From Octopus sinensis (Eukaryota): a stretch of 14,070 nucleotides of DNA. The notes beneath the pieces were generated by a model that made no database searches, was not told where the DNA came from, and saw only the letters and a program-made list of their open reading frames with translations. Position 1 is the stretch's first letter. Every line of letters begins with the position of its first letter. The stretch covers positions 1-14,070 of the forward strand of contig NW_021825869.1 of the NCBI RefSeq assembly GCF_006345805.1, read 5' to 3'. Both the position numbers and the translations under genes were made by a program. Positions 1 through 10,699 of the stretch are shown in pieces.

Positions 1-170
1 AAGTTGGTTACATTGACCCCAGTGTTCAACTGGTACTTATTTTATTGAAAGTCGACAGGATGAAAAGCAATGTTGACCTCAGCAGAATTAGAACTCAAAA
101 TGTAAAAACAGACGAAATGCTGCTAAGCATTTTGCCCGGCATGCTAATGATTCTGCCAGCTTGTCGCTTT
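1..170 (-). mobile_element. tRNA-derived SINE, 5' part, with Nin/Deu-like central domain (runs off the window edge)
   Basis: Minus strand reads AAAGCGACAAGCTGGCAGAATCATTAGC (A-box-like), GAGTTCTAATTC (B-box-like), then GTCAACATTGCTTTTCATCC...AATAAGTACCAGT, which resembles the Nin/Deu SINE domain. Confidence 0.65.
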
Positions 171-275
171 ATGTATTAGGTAGTATTAAGAGATTAATTA
201 AGAAGTTAAGAATAAATGTTATGTGACCTTTTAAGGAATTTCCTTCGGTAGCAGCATATTTGTTATAAATAATAT

Positions 276-691
276 TTACTCTCTCTTTACTCTTTTACTT
301 GTTTCAGTCATTTGACTGCGGCCATGCTGGAGCACCGCCTTTAGTCGAGCAAATCGACCCCAGGACTTATTCTTTGTAAGCCTAGTACTTATTCTATTGG
401 TCTCTTTTGCCGAACCGCTAAGTGACGGGGATGTAAACACACCAGCATCAGTTGTCAAGCAATGCTAGGGGACAAACACAGACACAACACAAAACACACA
501 CACCACAATATATATACACATATATACGACAGGCTTCTTTCAGTTTCCGTCTACCAAATCCACTCACAAGGCTTTGGTCGGCCCAAGGTTATAGTAGAAG
601 ACACTTGCCCAAGGTGCCACGCAGTGCGACTGAACCCGGAACCATGTGGTTGGTAAGCAAAGCTACTTACCACACAGCCACTCCTGCGCCT
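276..691 (-). mobile_element. tRNA-derived SINE, family A, near full length
   Basis: Minus strand starts AGGCGCAGGAGTGGCTGTGTGG (A box) and GGGTTCAGTCGC (B box). It contains the CORE-like CCTTGGGCAAGT, an internal (TA/TG)n tract and a GTAAAAGA-repeat tail. Highly similar copies occur at 6873, 8683, 9829 and 10700. Confidence 0.9.
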
Positions 692-789
692 ATTTCTCTC
701 CAAAAGTTGTCTATGATAATAGTGTTGGTCCATTTGAACAAATAAAGATCACCATTTTGTAATTCAACATTTAATATTGATTGATTTCA

Positions 790-925
790 GACTTCAATGA
801 AGTGATTGTTTATTTTTAAAATGACATTTTAGAGTATGTGTGAGAGGCCAGATCTGGTCCATTTGAGCATAAAGCAGATTGAATATTAGGGATGTATATG
901 GGTGGTTTAAATGCTAAAGGGTTAA
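790..925 (-). mobile_element. piggyBac-like MITE terminal fragment
   Basis: Ends ...TAAATGCTAAAGGG|TTAA (919-925), i.e. TTAA followed by CCCTTT on the minus strand, the piggyBac-type terminus. The other end is not identifiable. Confidence 0.55.
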
Positions 926-961
926 ATTTGGGCACGTAATTTCAAAATTTCTTTAAATTAC

Positions 962-1470
962 ATTGTGTGTGTGTAGGGGTGCATGTGCACATCTGTGTGT
1001 GCCTTATGTGCACGCATCTGTGTGAGTGCATGTGCATGACTGTATGTGCATGACTGTATGTGCATGAGTACATGTGTGTACCTGTATGTGTATGTGCATG
1101 TGTGCAAGTGCATGCATGTGTGTGCATGAGTACATGTGTGTACCTGTATGTGTATGTACATGTGTATGCATGCATGTGAGTGCATGTGTGTGCATGAGTA
1201 CATGTGTGTACCTGTATGTGTATGTGCATTATATGCATATGTATGCATGGTGAGTGCATGTGTGCAAGTGCATTCATGTGTGTGCATGAGTACAGGTGTG
1301 TACCTGTATGTGTATGTGCAAGTGTATGCATGTGTGTGCATGTGTGTACCTGTATGTGAATGCATGCATGTGTGCAAGTGCATGTATGCATGTGTGTGCA
1401 TGAGTACATGTGTGTACCTGTATGTATGTGTGCAAGTGCATGCATGCGTGTGTGTATGCATATGTGTGCA
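962..1470. repeat. Complex TG/CA-rich minisatellite
   Basis: Core TGCATGAGTACATGTGTGTACCTGTATGT recurs at about 1061, 1123, 1191, 1283 and 1397 in a mostly alternating purine-pyrimidine background. Confidence 0.9.
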
Positions 1471-1721
1471 TAATGCTAAAAAGTGCAGAATGAATTGGAA
1501 AAATGTTACTTTTTTTACTTTCTCTGCTAAATGCAAGACACAAGATTTTTTTGTAAATTTCTCGAAAAAAAAAGAATAATAAAACAAATTAGATCTAGAA
1601 TTAAAGATTTCAAATTATAAACACTCTAGTTAATATGGTTTAATGATATATAACTGGGATTTCCATATAACTGGGATTTTCCGTTCAGTGTAATGAGGAA
1701 TGACTCAGTAGATAACACAAG

Positions 1722-2240
1722 AGGAGAGAGAGAGAGAGACAAGGAGGGAGGGAGAGAGAGAGAGAAGAGAGAGAGACAGACAGAGAGAGAGAGAAGAAGA
1801 CAAGGAGGGAGGAGGGGGGAGGAGACGAGAGGGAGTAAGAGAGAGAAACAGTGTTCATAGAGAGAGAAACATGTTAAATAAACATTCACAACATTCACAG
1901 ACTAAACACACAATGAGAGAATGAAAAAAAGTGGGAGGGAGAGAAGGAGAGAAAGGAGGAGGAGGGAAAGAAGAAGAAGAAGAAGAAGAAGAGAGAAGAA
2001 GAAGAAGAAGAGAAGAAGAAGAAGAAAGAGAGAAGAAGAAGAAGAAGAAGAAGAAGAAGAAGAGAAAAGAAGAAGAAGAAGAAGAAGAAGAAGAAGAAGA
2101 AGAGAGAAGAAGAAGAAGAAGAAGAAGAAGAAAGAGAGAAGAAAAAGAAGAAGAAGAAAAAGAAGAAAGAAAGAAAGAAAGAAAAAAAAGAAGAAAGAAA
2201 GAAAGAAAGAAGGGAAGGAAGGAAGGAAAAAGAGAACTCA
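1722..2240. repeat. (GA)n, (GAA)n and (GAAA)n polypurine microsatellites
   Basis: Directly visible. Interrupted by a short non-repeat stretch at about 1870-1920. Confidence 0.95.
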
Positions 2241-2464
2241 AAGAGATGATGGAAAACACTCTTGCTTTTGAGAAATATTCAGTTCATTGTTTATTTGTTG
2301 TGTCATGCTTGATGTATGTTTATTCAACTTATTGTTGTTATTGTTTTGTTCACACAGTTACTCAGCGTGGCTTTTTTTTTTATCTTGTCCATCAGGATTA
2401 TTGTGACATACTTTCTTGACAAAAAAATTTTCCAAACCTTTCTCCTTACTGTAATTAGATATTC

Positions 2465-2484
2465 TCACACACTCTCTTTCTCTT

Positions 2485-2517
<33 letters not shown>

Positions 2518-2525
2518 CTATGTCC

Positions 2526-2564
<39 letters not shown>

Positions 2565-2582
2565 ACATATTTGCATACACAC
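2465..2582. repeat. Compound (CT)n/(CTAT)n/(CTGT)n microsatellite
   Basis: Directly visible. Confidence 0.9.
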
Positions 2583-2830
2583 AGAAATAGTTGGGGTTTT
2601 TTGGCTCGTGACCAGTAGCAGACTTTCCAGGTTGCCAGCTTGCCTGATGGCAATTGGGCCCCTGTGCCATTAGAATTCATATATGCAGGGCCCATGTTAG
2701 TATCTAAGGGGCCCGGCTCCTCAAGTTTGCGAATTTTTCTATTCAGTTCAGCCCTGGAAGAATGCATTAATTATTTCAGCCTGGCTGTGTTTGTAGACAG
2801 TTGAAAAGAATACTTTTACCAAAAAAAAAA

Positions 2831-3010
2831 GAAGTGGTGGTGGACAAGGTGTACTACATATGCTATATAGTTGATGTCGCATGCACCTTTGACCCATGAA
2901 TAATCAAGAAAGCAGGTGAAAAAATGGAAAAATACAACCCTCTTAAGTACAAAATAGCCAGGTTATGGAAAATGAAGAAGGTGACAATAGTGTCAGTCAT
3001 TGTTGGTGAT
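2831..3010 (+). pseudogene. Remnant of a restriction-like (REL) endonuclease from an R4/Dong/NeSL-type non-LTR retrotransposon
   Basis: Frame from 2831 reads EVVVDKVYYICYIVDVACTFDP*IIKKAGEKMEKYNPLKYKIARLWKMKKVTIVSVIVG. This matches the REL pattern PD.VV.DK...C.IIDVACP.D....KE.EK..KY..L..EI.RLW....V.V.P.V.GALG. One in-frame stop. Confidence 0.8.
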
Positions 3011-3291
3011 ATGTCACACATCATGACAATGTATTTCGTCATCTGCATGACTGACCCATATGGCGTACCTCACCAACTGACACTCCTTGCTGTGTCTGTC
3101 CACGACTGATAAACACAACCAAATGTTTCTCTTTTGAAAACATTCAAATGGCCTTCGCTTTTCCTTCTTCTTTGCCGTTCTTTGTTAGCTGTGCCGGTGG
3201 TCGGTCGTGACCTGCTGTGCTTGAGGAGACCTATTGAGTTAAGTACATCAACATCAAAATAAATCTCAAATGGAAATTGTAGTTGTGATAC

Positions 3292-3600
3292 CTGTGCCGG
3301 TGGCACATAAAAAGCACCATCTGAACGCGGCCGATGCAAGCGCCGCCTTGACTGGCTTCTGTGCTGGTGACACGTAAGAAGCACTGACCGATTATGGCCG
3401 CTGCCAGCCTACCCTGGCACATAAAAAGCACCCACTACACTCACAGAGTGGTTGGCATTAGGAAGGGCATCCAGCTGTAGAAACACTGCCAGATCAAACT
3501 GGAGCCTGGTGCAGCCTCCTGGCTTCCCAGACCCCGGTCAAACCGTCCAACCCATGCTAGCATGGAAAACGGACGTTGGAAGATGATGATGATGATGATG
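3292..3600 (+). mobile_element. RTE-like retroposon 3' end with (GAT)n tail
   Basis: Three GGCAC(A/G)TAAAAAGCACC-like modules, then AGGAAGGGCATCCAGCTGTAGAAAC...CCAACCCATGCTAGCATGGAAAACGGACGTT and (GAT)n. A homologous copy lies at 8081-8362. Confidence 0.75.
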
Positions 3601-4090
3601 TTTCAAGTGAAATACTTGGGTACTTCAGCATAAAGTAATGTTTTTACAAAGTCATCATTGATGCATAATTAAAAGAATTTTGTTAATGTTGTTCGTTAAC
3701 AGCCATATATATCCTCATTATTTCTGAGCAATATTCTTTGCAAATCTGGTAGATGGACTTGCAGTTTCACTTTTGCAGGTGCTCTTTCATGAATTGAAAA
3801 ATCTTAAAATGGATGCAACTGCTTCAGATAGTCCATTAGAAATTGCCTAATTTTGTTATCATTGTTTATTTGAACATCAGCTTGGTCACTTCCTTTCAGC
3901 ATGTACTTGATGACGTACTTAATTGACCTCACTGAGGCAAGGATTTCGACATTGCAGTGGCATTTGAATGCTCTTAAAAGCATTTCCTTATAAGGTACAA
4001 TCCATTTGTTGTTTGTTTTTCCATTCTTATGAGATTCAACACCTCCCATTGCAACTGATCTTCGTTTATAAAGAGATAGTTTCGCTATCT
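3601..4090 (-). pseudogene. Helitron Rep (rolling-circle initiator) coding fragment, decayed
   Basis: Minus strand gives SLYKRRSVAMGG...NNKWIVPYKEMLLRAFKCHCNVEILASVRSIKYVIKYMLKGSDQA, then after frameshifts IHERAPAKVKLQVHLPDLQRI and YAEVPKYFT. These match the Helitron motifs YPLYRRR, N.WVVPYNP.LL..F..HINVE.C.S..SIKY..KY..KG.D, IHER.PAV..L.VHL and LY.EVP.YYTW. Confidence 0.88.
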
Positions 4091-4242
4091 GTTTATATGC
4101 CGTTTGATTAAGATGATAAAGACTGAAATTCTATTTTAAATAAAATAGTAATTTTCCCCTTTAAGAAAAACCAAGTACCTGTGATCCCCAAAATATCTCA
4201 AAAATATAAGGAGAATTTCTATCTTTCGGTCCATATAAATGA

Positions 4243-4472
4243 TTAACCCTTTCGTTACCAACCCGGCTGGAACCGGCTCTGGCTCTGTAGTACAAATATC
4301 TTGTTTTCATAAGTTTTGAATTAAAATCTTCCACCAAACCTTAGTCACAGTTTATATTCCTAACACTAGCTGAATGATAACTAAGTTATTTTACTAAATT
4401 CTTTGTTATATTTAAAATCAATTGAAAGAAACACCCAACATCTCAACAAGAATACAGTAATGAAAGGGTTAA
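4243..4472 (+). mobile_element. Complete piggyBac-like MITE with TTAA target duplication
   Basis: TTAA (4243-4246) | CCCTTTCGTTAC ... GTAATGAAAGGG | TTAA (4469-4472). 11/12 terminal inverted repeat, 222 bp body, no coding capacity. Confidence 0.88.
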
Positions 4473-4769
4473 GGGGGGGAAAAAGGAAGTAAGACAAAAG
4501 GATGGACAGCAGTGTCTGCAATGACTCATTGAAGTTCACCCCTGCAAATCAACATTTTCAACTTGAATTTTTTTTTTCTTAAAGGGGAAAATGACTACTT
4601 TATTTGTAATCTTTATCATATTAATCAAAGAGCATAATTATACTAAACCTGAAAGTTTGTCTGAAATCAGACAAACTTTCAGTTTTAGTATAATGTGTGT
4701 GTGTGTGTGTGTGTGTGAGTGTGTCTCCCAGCCTCATAAACAGAAGTGGTTTGTTTGCAACCCCATAAC

Positions 4770-4846
4770 TTTTAGTGGTTCCACAAAGAGATTCTGAGAG
4801 AATAAGTACCAGTTATGTACTGGTGTCAATTTGATCAACTAAAGCC
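4770..4846 (+). mobile_element. Decayed SINE 3' fragment
   Basis: GAGAATAAGTACCAG...GGTGTCAATTTGATCAACTAAAGCC resembles the family A segment GATAGAATAAGTACT...GGGGTCGATTTGCTCGACTAAAGGC. Confidence 0.45.
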
Positions 4847-4847
4847 T

Positions 4848-4935
4848 TTAACCATTTTGTTACCATATTTCTATTGAAATACATACACTGTCTTTACCTG
4901 AATCAATTTTAAAAATAATGAAGGATTTAGTAAAA
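4848..4935 (-). mobile_element. Fragment of the same piggyBac-like MITE family, inverted relative to the 4247 copy
   Basis: TTAACCATTTTGTTACCATATTTCTATTGA...AATGAAGGATTTAGTAAAATA resembles the reverse complement of about 4388-4472. Confidence 0.55.
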
Positions 4936-4974
4936 TATTTTTGGCAGTATTAAGCCAGTGCTTTGAATATAAAT

Positions 4975-5258
4975 TGTTGTATTTTAATGTGTATAAGGAA
5001 CTCCCTAATTTTGGGGCCTTAAAATTTGGAAAAAAGGTCTAGTAAGGGATTATAATACTATCCATGTATAAGAAACTCCCATATATTTTTAACCTAATTT
5101 TTGACAAAAAAAGGGTTCCTTATAAATGTTAAAATATAGAAAATTTGGAAAAAGGTCTAGTAAGGGATTATAATACGATGCATGTATAAGAAACTCCCAT
5201 ATTTTTTTAACCTAATTTTTGACAAAAAAGGGTTCCTTATATATCTTAAAATATAGTA
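4975..5258. mobile_element. pogo/Tigger-like MITE with internal tandem duplication
   Basis: Left end TGTTGTATTTTAATGTGTATAAGGAACTCCC versus reverse complement of right end TACTATATTTTAAGATATATAAGGAACCC. A 119-bp unit (5021-5139) is repeated at 5140-5256. Confidence 0.6.
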
Positions 5259-5439
5259 ACAGTAAATTCTGATGCAAGATTTTGGCCAAGATCACATAAA
5301 AACAAGGAGCTTGTTTCATAGAACCAGGGGTGGTAATGGGTGGCCACAGTTTTTGGAATGAAACAAGTAAAAGAATAAGATAATAAAGGAATGTCTACAT
5401 AGATGCATACACTTACACATAGATGTGTATATATGTTTA

Positions 5440-5472
5440 ATATATATGTGTATATATATGTGTGTGTGTGTG

Positions 5473-5521
<49 letters not shown>

Positions 5522-5568
5522 GTATATGATTATATATATATATATATATATAATACATACATATACCA

Positions 5569-5601
<33 letters not shown>

Positions 5602-5603
5602 GG
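5440..5603. repeat. Compound (TA)n/(TG)n/(GA)n microsatellite
   Basis: Directly visible. Confidence 0.95.
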
Positions 5604-5850
5604 CAAGAGATAATGATAGAAGCAGTGAGCGGAGAGACATGTATCATAACAGAAAGGAAAAACCCAGAATAAATTAAAAAAACATAATACTATAAAATAA
5701 ATTATAGTAAATTAACTGCAAAAAAATAATGATGGAGTCGGTGTAGGGGAATTCAAAGGATTTCTCAGCTGATGATCAGTGTTATGAAAAGCTAACGGAA
5801 ATGAGGCTCAGATTTACATTCGACCCCGAATACCCTCTGAAATTGTTTAG

Positions 5851-6565
<715 letters not shown>

Positions 6566-6872
6566 TTCTCACAAGAAAATCTGCATTATGATAAGATTAT
6601 AACATCCTCTCCTAAATTCAGAAAAGTAGCAATGATATCTATGATGCAAACATCAATCTGGTTGTTGATTATCCTTTATGTATACATAGTCCTGCTCTGG
6701 CTCCTGCTGGGAATGTTACTATCATCAGTTTCTCTTGCTTACAACTATTTAATACAGTTTAAAAGTCATGTCAACCCTATCACCATGTATACATACATGC
6801 CATGTACATATATACATACATAAAAATAGATAGATAGATAGAAAGACATTCATATATATATATATATATACA

Positions 6873-7200
6873 CTTTAGTCGAGCAAATCGACCCCAGGAC
6901 TTATTCTTTGTAAGCCTAGTACTTATTCTATCGGTCAATTTTGCCAAACTGCTAAGTTACGGGGACGTAAGCACACCAGCATTGGTTGTCAAGTGATGTT
7001 GAAGGGGACAAACACACACATGTATATACATATATACAATGGGCTTCTTTCAGTTTCCGTCTACCAAATCCACTCACAAGGCTTTGGTCAGCCCGAGGCT
7101 ATAGTAGAAGACACTTGCCCAAGGTGTCCCACAGTGGGACTGAACCCGGAACCATGTGGTTGGTAAGCAAGCTACTTACCACATAGCCACTCCTATGCCT
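6873..7200 (-). mobile_element. tRNA-derived SINE, family A, tail end truncated
   Basis: Same head (AGGCATAGGAGTGGCTATGTGG, GGGTTCAGTCCC) and body as 276-691. Ends in a (TA)n tract at about 6872. Confidence 0.9.
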
Positions 7201-7553
7201 ATATATATATTATTTATATTATTATTTAATTGAACACCATGCATCCATTTCCTAGTAAGTTTAAATATACATATGCTGTATGTGTATGGCCTTTGTAATT
7301 TGTTAAAGTGCCATGTTTGCTCTGTGTTGATAATACCTTAACATCCATGCTATTATCTGAGCCTCCATATTTCAACTGAGCCAGTTAGTAGAGCACTTAT
7401 GTTAGTAGAGCTGTTCTCCTCTTTGAGCTCCAGCCAGTGTTCAGTTATCTGCTCTCCTATGCTGTGTGCTGTTGCTTCAATACATGTTGTTGTTTTCTTT
7501 CTGCACTGTCCCTCAGTACAGAGTACTGATGGGCGGTGTAGAAACAAGAAAGA

Positions 7554-8681
7554 ATGGAAAGAGCCAGAGTAAGCTATGAACAAATGAAATTTGTCCAAAA
7601 GTGCCACTGGTAGTTTGAAAATTTAGTCAAAGTGCAAAGACAGTTTCGGTGGAGGTTTCAGACATCCGCCTTTGTGACTTGTCATCATATGAGTTAGAGA
7701 TGAGCTTGAAGCAGATGGAAATGTTCAGTTCAAAACATTCTAGAAGAACACAGAGATCTATGAGCACCACAAAGTGTGAAGGGATTCTGGAAATGTATTA
7801 CCAGAGTTCAAGATAATCTGTGTACCAAGTTGAGAGATTGGAATTTCAAAATGAAGTGTCCATCGCAATTTGAATCACTCTCATTAGAAATGCTGTTTCA
7901 AGTCCATACTCTTCAATAAATATGATCTAAACCAAAGAATGGAGCTTTTGAGTGATACTTGATTAGATGTGTTGAAGATGCACACTTTCCAACAAAAATT
8001 GGTTGGAGTGATGAGGCTACATTTAAATTAAATGTCTCAATTAGTGGCCACAATTGCACTTGTCAGGGACCTGAGAATCATGGCGGTGCTGGCAATAGCC
8101 ACGCTTGAAATGGCGGCATGTAAAAAACACCATTTCGAGCGTGGCCATTGCCAGTACCGCCAGACTGGCCCTCATGCCGGTGGCACGTAAAAGCACCCAC
8201 TACACTCTTGGAGTGGTTGGCATTAGGAAGGGCATCCAGCTGTAGAAACTCTGCCAGATCAGACTGGAGTCCTGTGCAGCCATCTGCTTCACCATTCCTC
8301 AGTCAAATTGTCCAACCCATGATAGCATGGAAAGCAGACGTTAAATGATGATGATGATGATGAACTTTACCAGAAGTTACAGGATGGTGTCTTTTCTCAT
8401 CATAATTATTATTTTAAGCATTCTTTTTGATGGTATTGTGACTGGATCCATTTACTTGAATTTACTACAACAATCTATCACATTAAACATTCAAGAAGAT
8501 TTTGAAGATGTAGAATATTATTTCAGCAAGATGGGGTTTCTCCCACACTACCATAGTAACATAAGAGCCTACTTTGATGAGTTTTTGTCAAACAGACAAA
8601 GATTAGACAGAGATTCTGTAGAATATCCACTGTATTCACCAGACATTTTCACCACTAGAATTTTTTATGGGGATACTTAAA
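7554..8681 (+). pseudogene. Decayed Tc1/mariner transposase, DD41D (rosa)-like, split by a retroposon insertion at 8081-8362
   Basis: ATG at 7554 gives MERARVSYEQMKFVQKCHW*FENLVKVQRQFR, then RDELEADG and [20 protein letters not shown] is at 8004. After the insertion come FDGIVTGSIYLNLL, QQDG (8524), PHYHSNIRAYFDE, SVEYPLYSPD and PLE (8652). The second to third acidic residue spans 128 nt, close to the 126 nt expected for D41D. Many stops and frameshifts. Confidence 0.85.
8081..8362 (+). mobile_element. RTE-like retroposon 3' end with (GAT)n tail and 5' foldback
   Basis: Homologous to 3292-3600. 33-bp inverted repeat at its 5' edge. Confidence 0.78.
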
Positions 8682-8682
8682 T

Positions 8683-9069
8683 TCTTTACTCTTTTACTTG
8701 TTTAAGTCATTTGACTGTGGCCATGCTGGAGCACCACCTTTACTTGAGCAAATCGACCCCAGGACTTATTCTTTATAAGCCTAGTACTTATTCTATCGGT
8801 TTCTTTTGTCGAACAACTAAGTTATGGGGACGTAAACACACCAACATCGGTTGTCAAGCAATGTTGGGGGACAAACACAGACACACAAACATATACACAC
8901 ACACACATATATATATACATATATATATGACAGGCTTCTTTCAGTTCCCATCTACCAAATCCACTCACAAGGCTCTGGTCGGCCTGAGGCTGTAGTAGAA
9001 GACACTTGTCCAAAGTGCCACGCAGTGGGACTGAACCGGAACCATGTGGTTGGCAAGCAAGCTACTTAC
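8683..9069 (-). mobile_element. tRNA-derived SINE, family A, A box lost
   Basis: Body and tail as 276-691. Homology stops at GCTACTTACC (about 9069). It truncates the 3' end of the DD41D transposase. Confidence 0.9.
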
Positions 9070-9229
9070 CTACTGTACAAAACCAGTAACAGGTGATGAA
9101 TTGAGGGCAACAACTGGATAAGATCGCATGCAAATACTGAATAAAATGGACATGGATGTTTTCAATTCCATTACTTCATATTATCAACGTGCGTGGACCA
9201 AAATGATTATCTGTTTGAAAACAGGCATT

Positions 9230-9690
9230 CAATGTCTTGCAAACAACTTGCACATGCAAGTGCTACCAGTCAAAAACTCCGTATACCGGAAGCCAGCAAG
9301 TGTATGGGGTCATCAGGAGAGAATGCGTGCCGTTTCGGGGCTTACCTCTCGACGGCATCAATGCGCACCGGCCCCTCTCACTGATATGGGGTGCCGCTTG
9401 CTAGATCAACTGGTTATCAAATAAAGCTCAATATCCTTCTAGCCATCACTCATCGTCTCTGTTTAATAAATCCAGTGGCTAGCCTTCTCCACTGTAGATT
9501 GGATATCGGTCATGGTGGTATTGACTTTACGATGAGTGAGGCCTAACAATAACAACAGTCGTCTCACACTGTGTCCAACGAACCCTCTACATCCAACTTC
9601 GATTGGAAAATGTTCCGCTTTCCAGCCTGCGTCTTCACATTCCTTGAGGAGGTTTACATAACAGTTAAATTTTCAAACCTGAGCGGCATC
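9230..9690 (-). pseudogene. 3' end of a HERO-like non-LTR retrotransposon (REL C-terminus plus 3' UTR)
   Basis: Minus strand from 9660 reads YVNLLKECEDAGWKAEHFPIEVGCRGFVGHSVRRLLLLLGLTHRKVNTTMTDIQSTVEKASHWI, then after a frameshift LNRDDE*WLEG. PIEVGCRGF and AS.W(L/I)W.KR are typical of HERO-clade C-termini. The UTR boundary is approximate. Confidence 0.78.
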
Positions 9691-9828
9691 CATAATAAAT
9701 TTTCTCTGTAGACTCTATTAAATTCTGAAAATGAGATGTATTTTAAAAAACACTGATTTTATAATCATTCACAATGTGCACTTTTTTTTTTGTGGTGGTG
9801 GTCGTGGGCATTCCGTATATGCTGCATT

Positions 9829-10256
9829 TCTCTTTTACTCTTTTACTCTTTTACTTGTTTCAGTCATTTGACTGCGGCCATGCTGGAGCACCGCCTTTAG
9901 TCGAGCAAATCGACCCCGGGACTTACTTATTCTTTGTAAGCCCAGTACTTATTCTATCGGTCTCTTTTGCCGAACCGCTAAGTGACAGGGATGTAAACAC
10001 ACCAGCATCGGTTGTCAAGCAATGCTAGGGGACAAACACAGACACACAAACGCACACACGCATATATATATATATATATATACACATATATACGATGGAC
10101 TTCTTTCAGTTTCCGTCTAACAAATCCACTCACAAGGCTTTGGTCGGCCTGAGGCTATAGTAGGAGACACTTGCCCAAGGTGCCACGCAGTGGGACTGAA
10201 CCTGCAACCATGTGGTTGGTTAGCAAGCTACTTACCACACAGCCACTCCTGCGCCT
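9829..10256 (-). mobile_element. tRNA-derived SINE, family A, full length
   Basis: AGGCGCAGGAGTGGCTGTGTGG A box, GGTTCAGTCCC B box, internal (TA)n and (GTAAAAGA)n tail. Ends about 100 bp from the dynein donor site. Confidence 0.92.
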
Positions 10257-10353
10257 TTTATTTACATTTGTTTAAGAACTCATTCTGCAAATAGTTTTAA
10301 ATGAAATTATATGAAATCAGGAATCTCAATATATTTTGAAAATTAATACATAC

Positions 10354-10616
10354 GTAATATCAGCATTTGTATGTAACCCAAATAGTTCCGGGCTGTCTGT
10401 ACTTGGTAAGCTCTGAATATAATCGAGATAATCTTGCAGCTTATTTCCTTTGGGTATTAAATAGCCTTTATGCAGTTCAAAGTTTGTCTGAAATATGTTT
10501 TCTCCAAACCAACTCCGGCAAAATGTGTTTAAGAGGCGTTTATCAAAATCATCTGTCACGCGACCACCATATTGAATCTCTCCAATCATGTAGCGAACAC
10601 AGGACCAATTTACTCC
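10354..10616 (-). CDS. DNAH5: Axonemal dynein heavy chain (DNAH5/DNAH8-like), next internal exon
   Basis: 263 nt, phase 0/2. Acceptor ...ctttTGTATCTCATAG, donor AC|GTATGT. Translates [87 protein letters not shown](T). Joins in frame to the upstream exon (DIRK|GVNW), matching the known dynein pattern [22 protein letters not shown]. Confidence 0.95.
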
Positions 10617-10699
10617 CTATGAGATACAAAAGAAAAGAAAAAAAGTAAGAAATACATTTTAGGCTGAAAGTTAAATATTTACGGAAAGTTTTATTATTC

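Noticed and set aside
1061-1430. Repeat-spacer appearance suggestive of a CRISPR array
   Set aside because: The spacers are themselves low-complexity TG/CA sequence, spacing is irregular, and the context is a eukaryotic intron with no cas genes.
942-1587. His/Thr/Cys/Met-rich ORFs of 147-209 aa
   Set aside because: Translations of the TG/CA minisatellite, open in several frames on both strands.
1648-1679. 15-bp direct repeat ATATAACTGGGATTT, two copies
   Set aside because: Most likely a local duplication or MITE end; insufficient evidence for a regulatory site.
1855-2419. Lys/Arg/Glu-rich and Phe/Ser/Leu-rich ORFs
   Set aside because: Products of (GAA)n repeats, which lack stop codons.
2608-2760. 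GGGCCC-rich segment and 85-aa ORF, possibly a hAT-type MITE
   Set aside because: Terminal repeats are too degenerate and no 8-bp TSD is identifiable; the ORF has no recognisable motif.
7353-7607. 84-aa minus-strand ORF considered as a dynein exon
   Set aside because: No dynein motifs; it overlaps the start of the plus-strand transposase fossil.
8345-8680. 111-aa ORF with hydrophobic N-terminus resembling a membrane protein
   Set aside because: Chimera of the (GAT)n tail and frameshifted DD41D transposase remnant.
9305-9360. Canonical hammerhead in the HERO-like 3' UTR
   Set aside because: Stem II strands are not complementary and motif order fits no type I, II or III topology; kept only as a structured-UTR finding.
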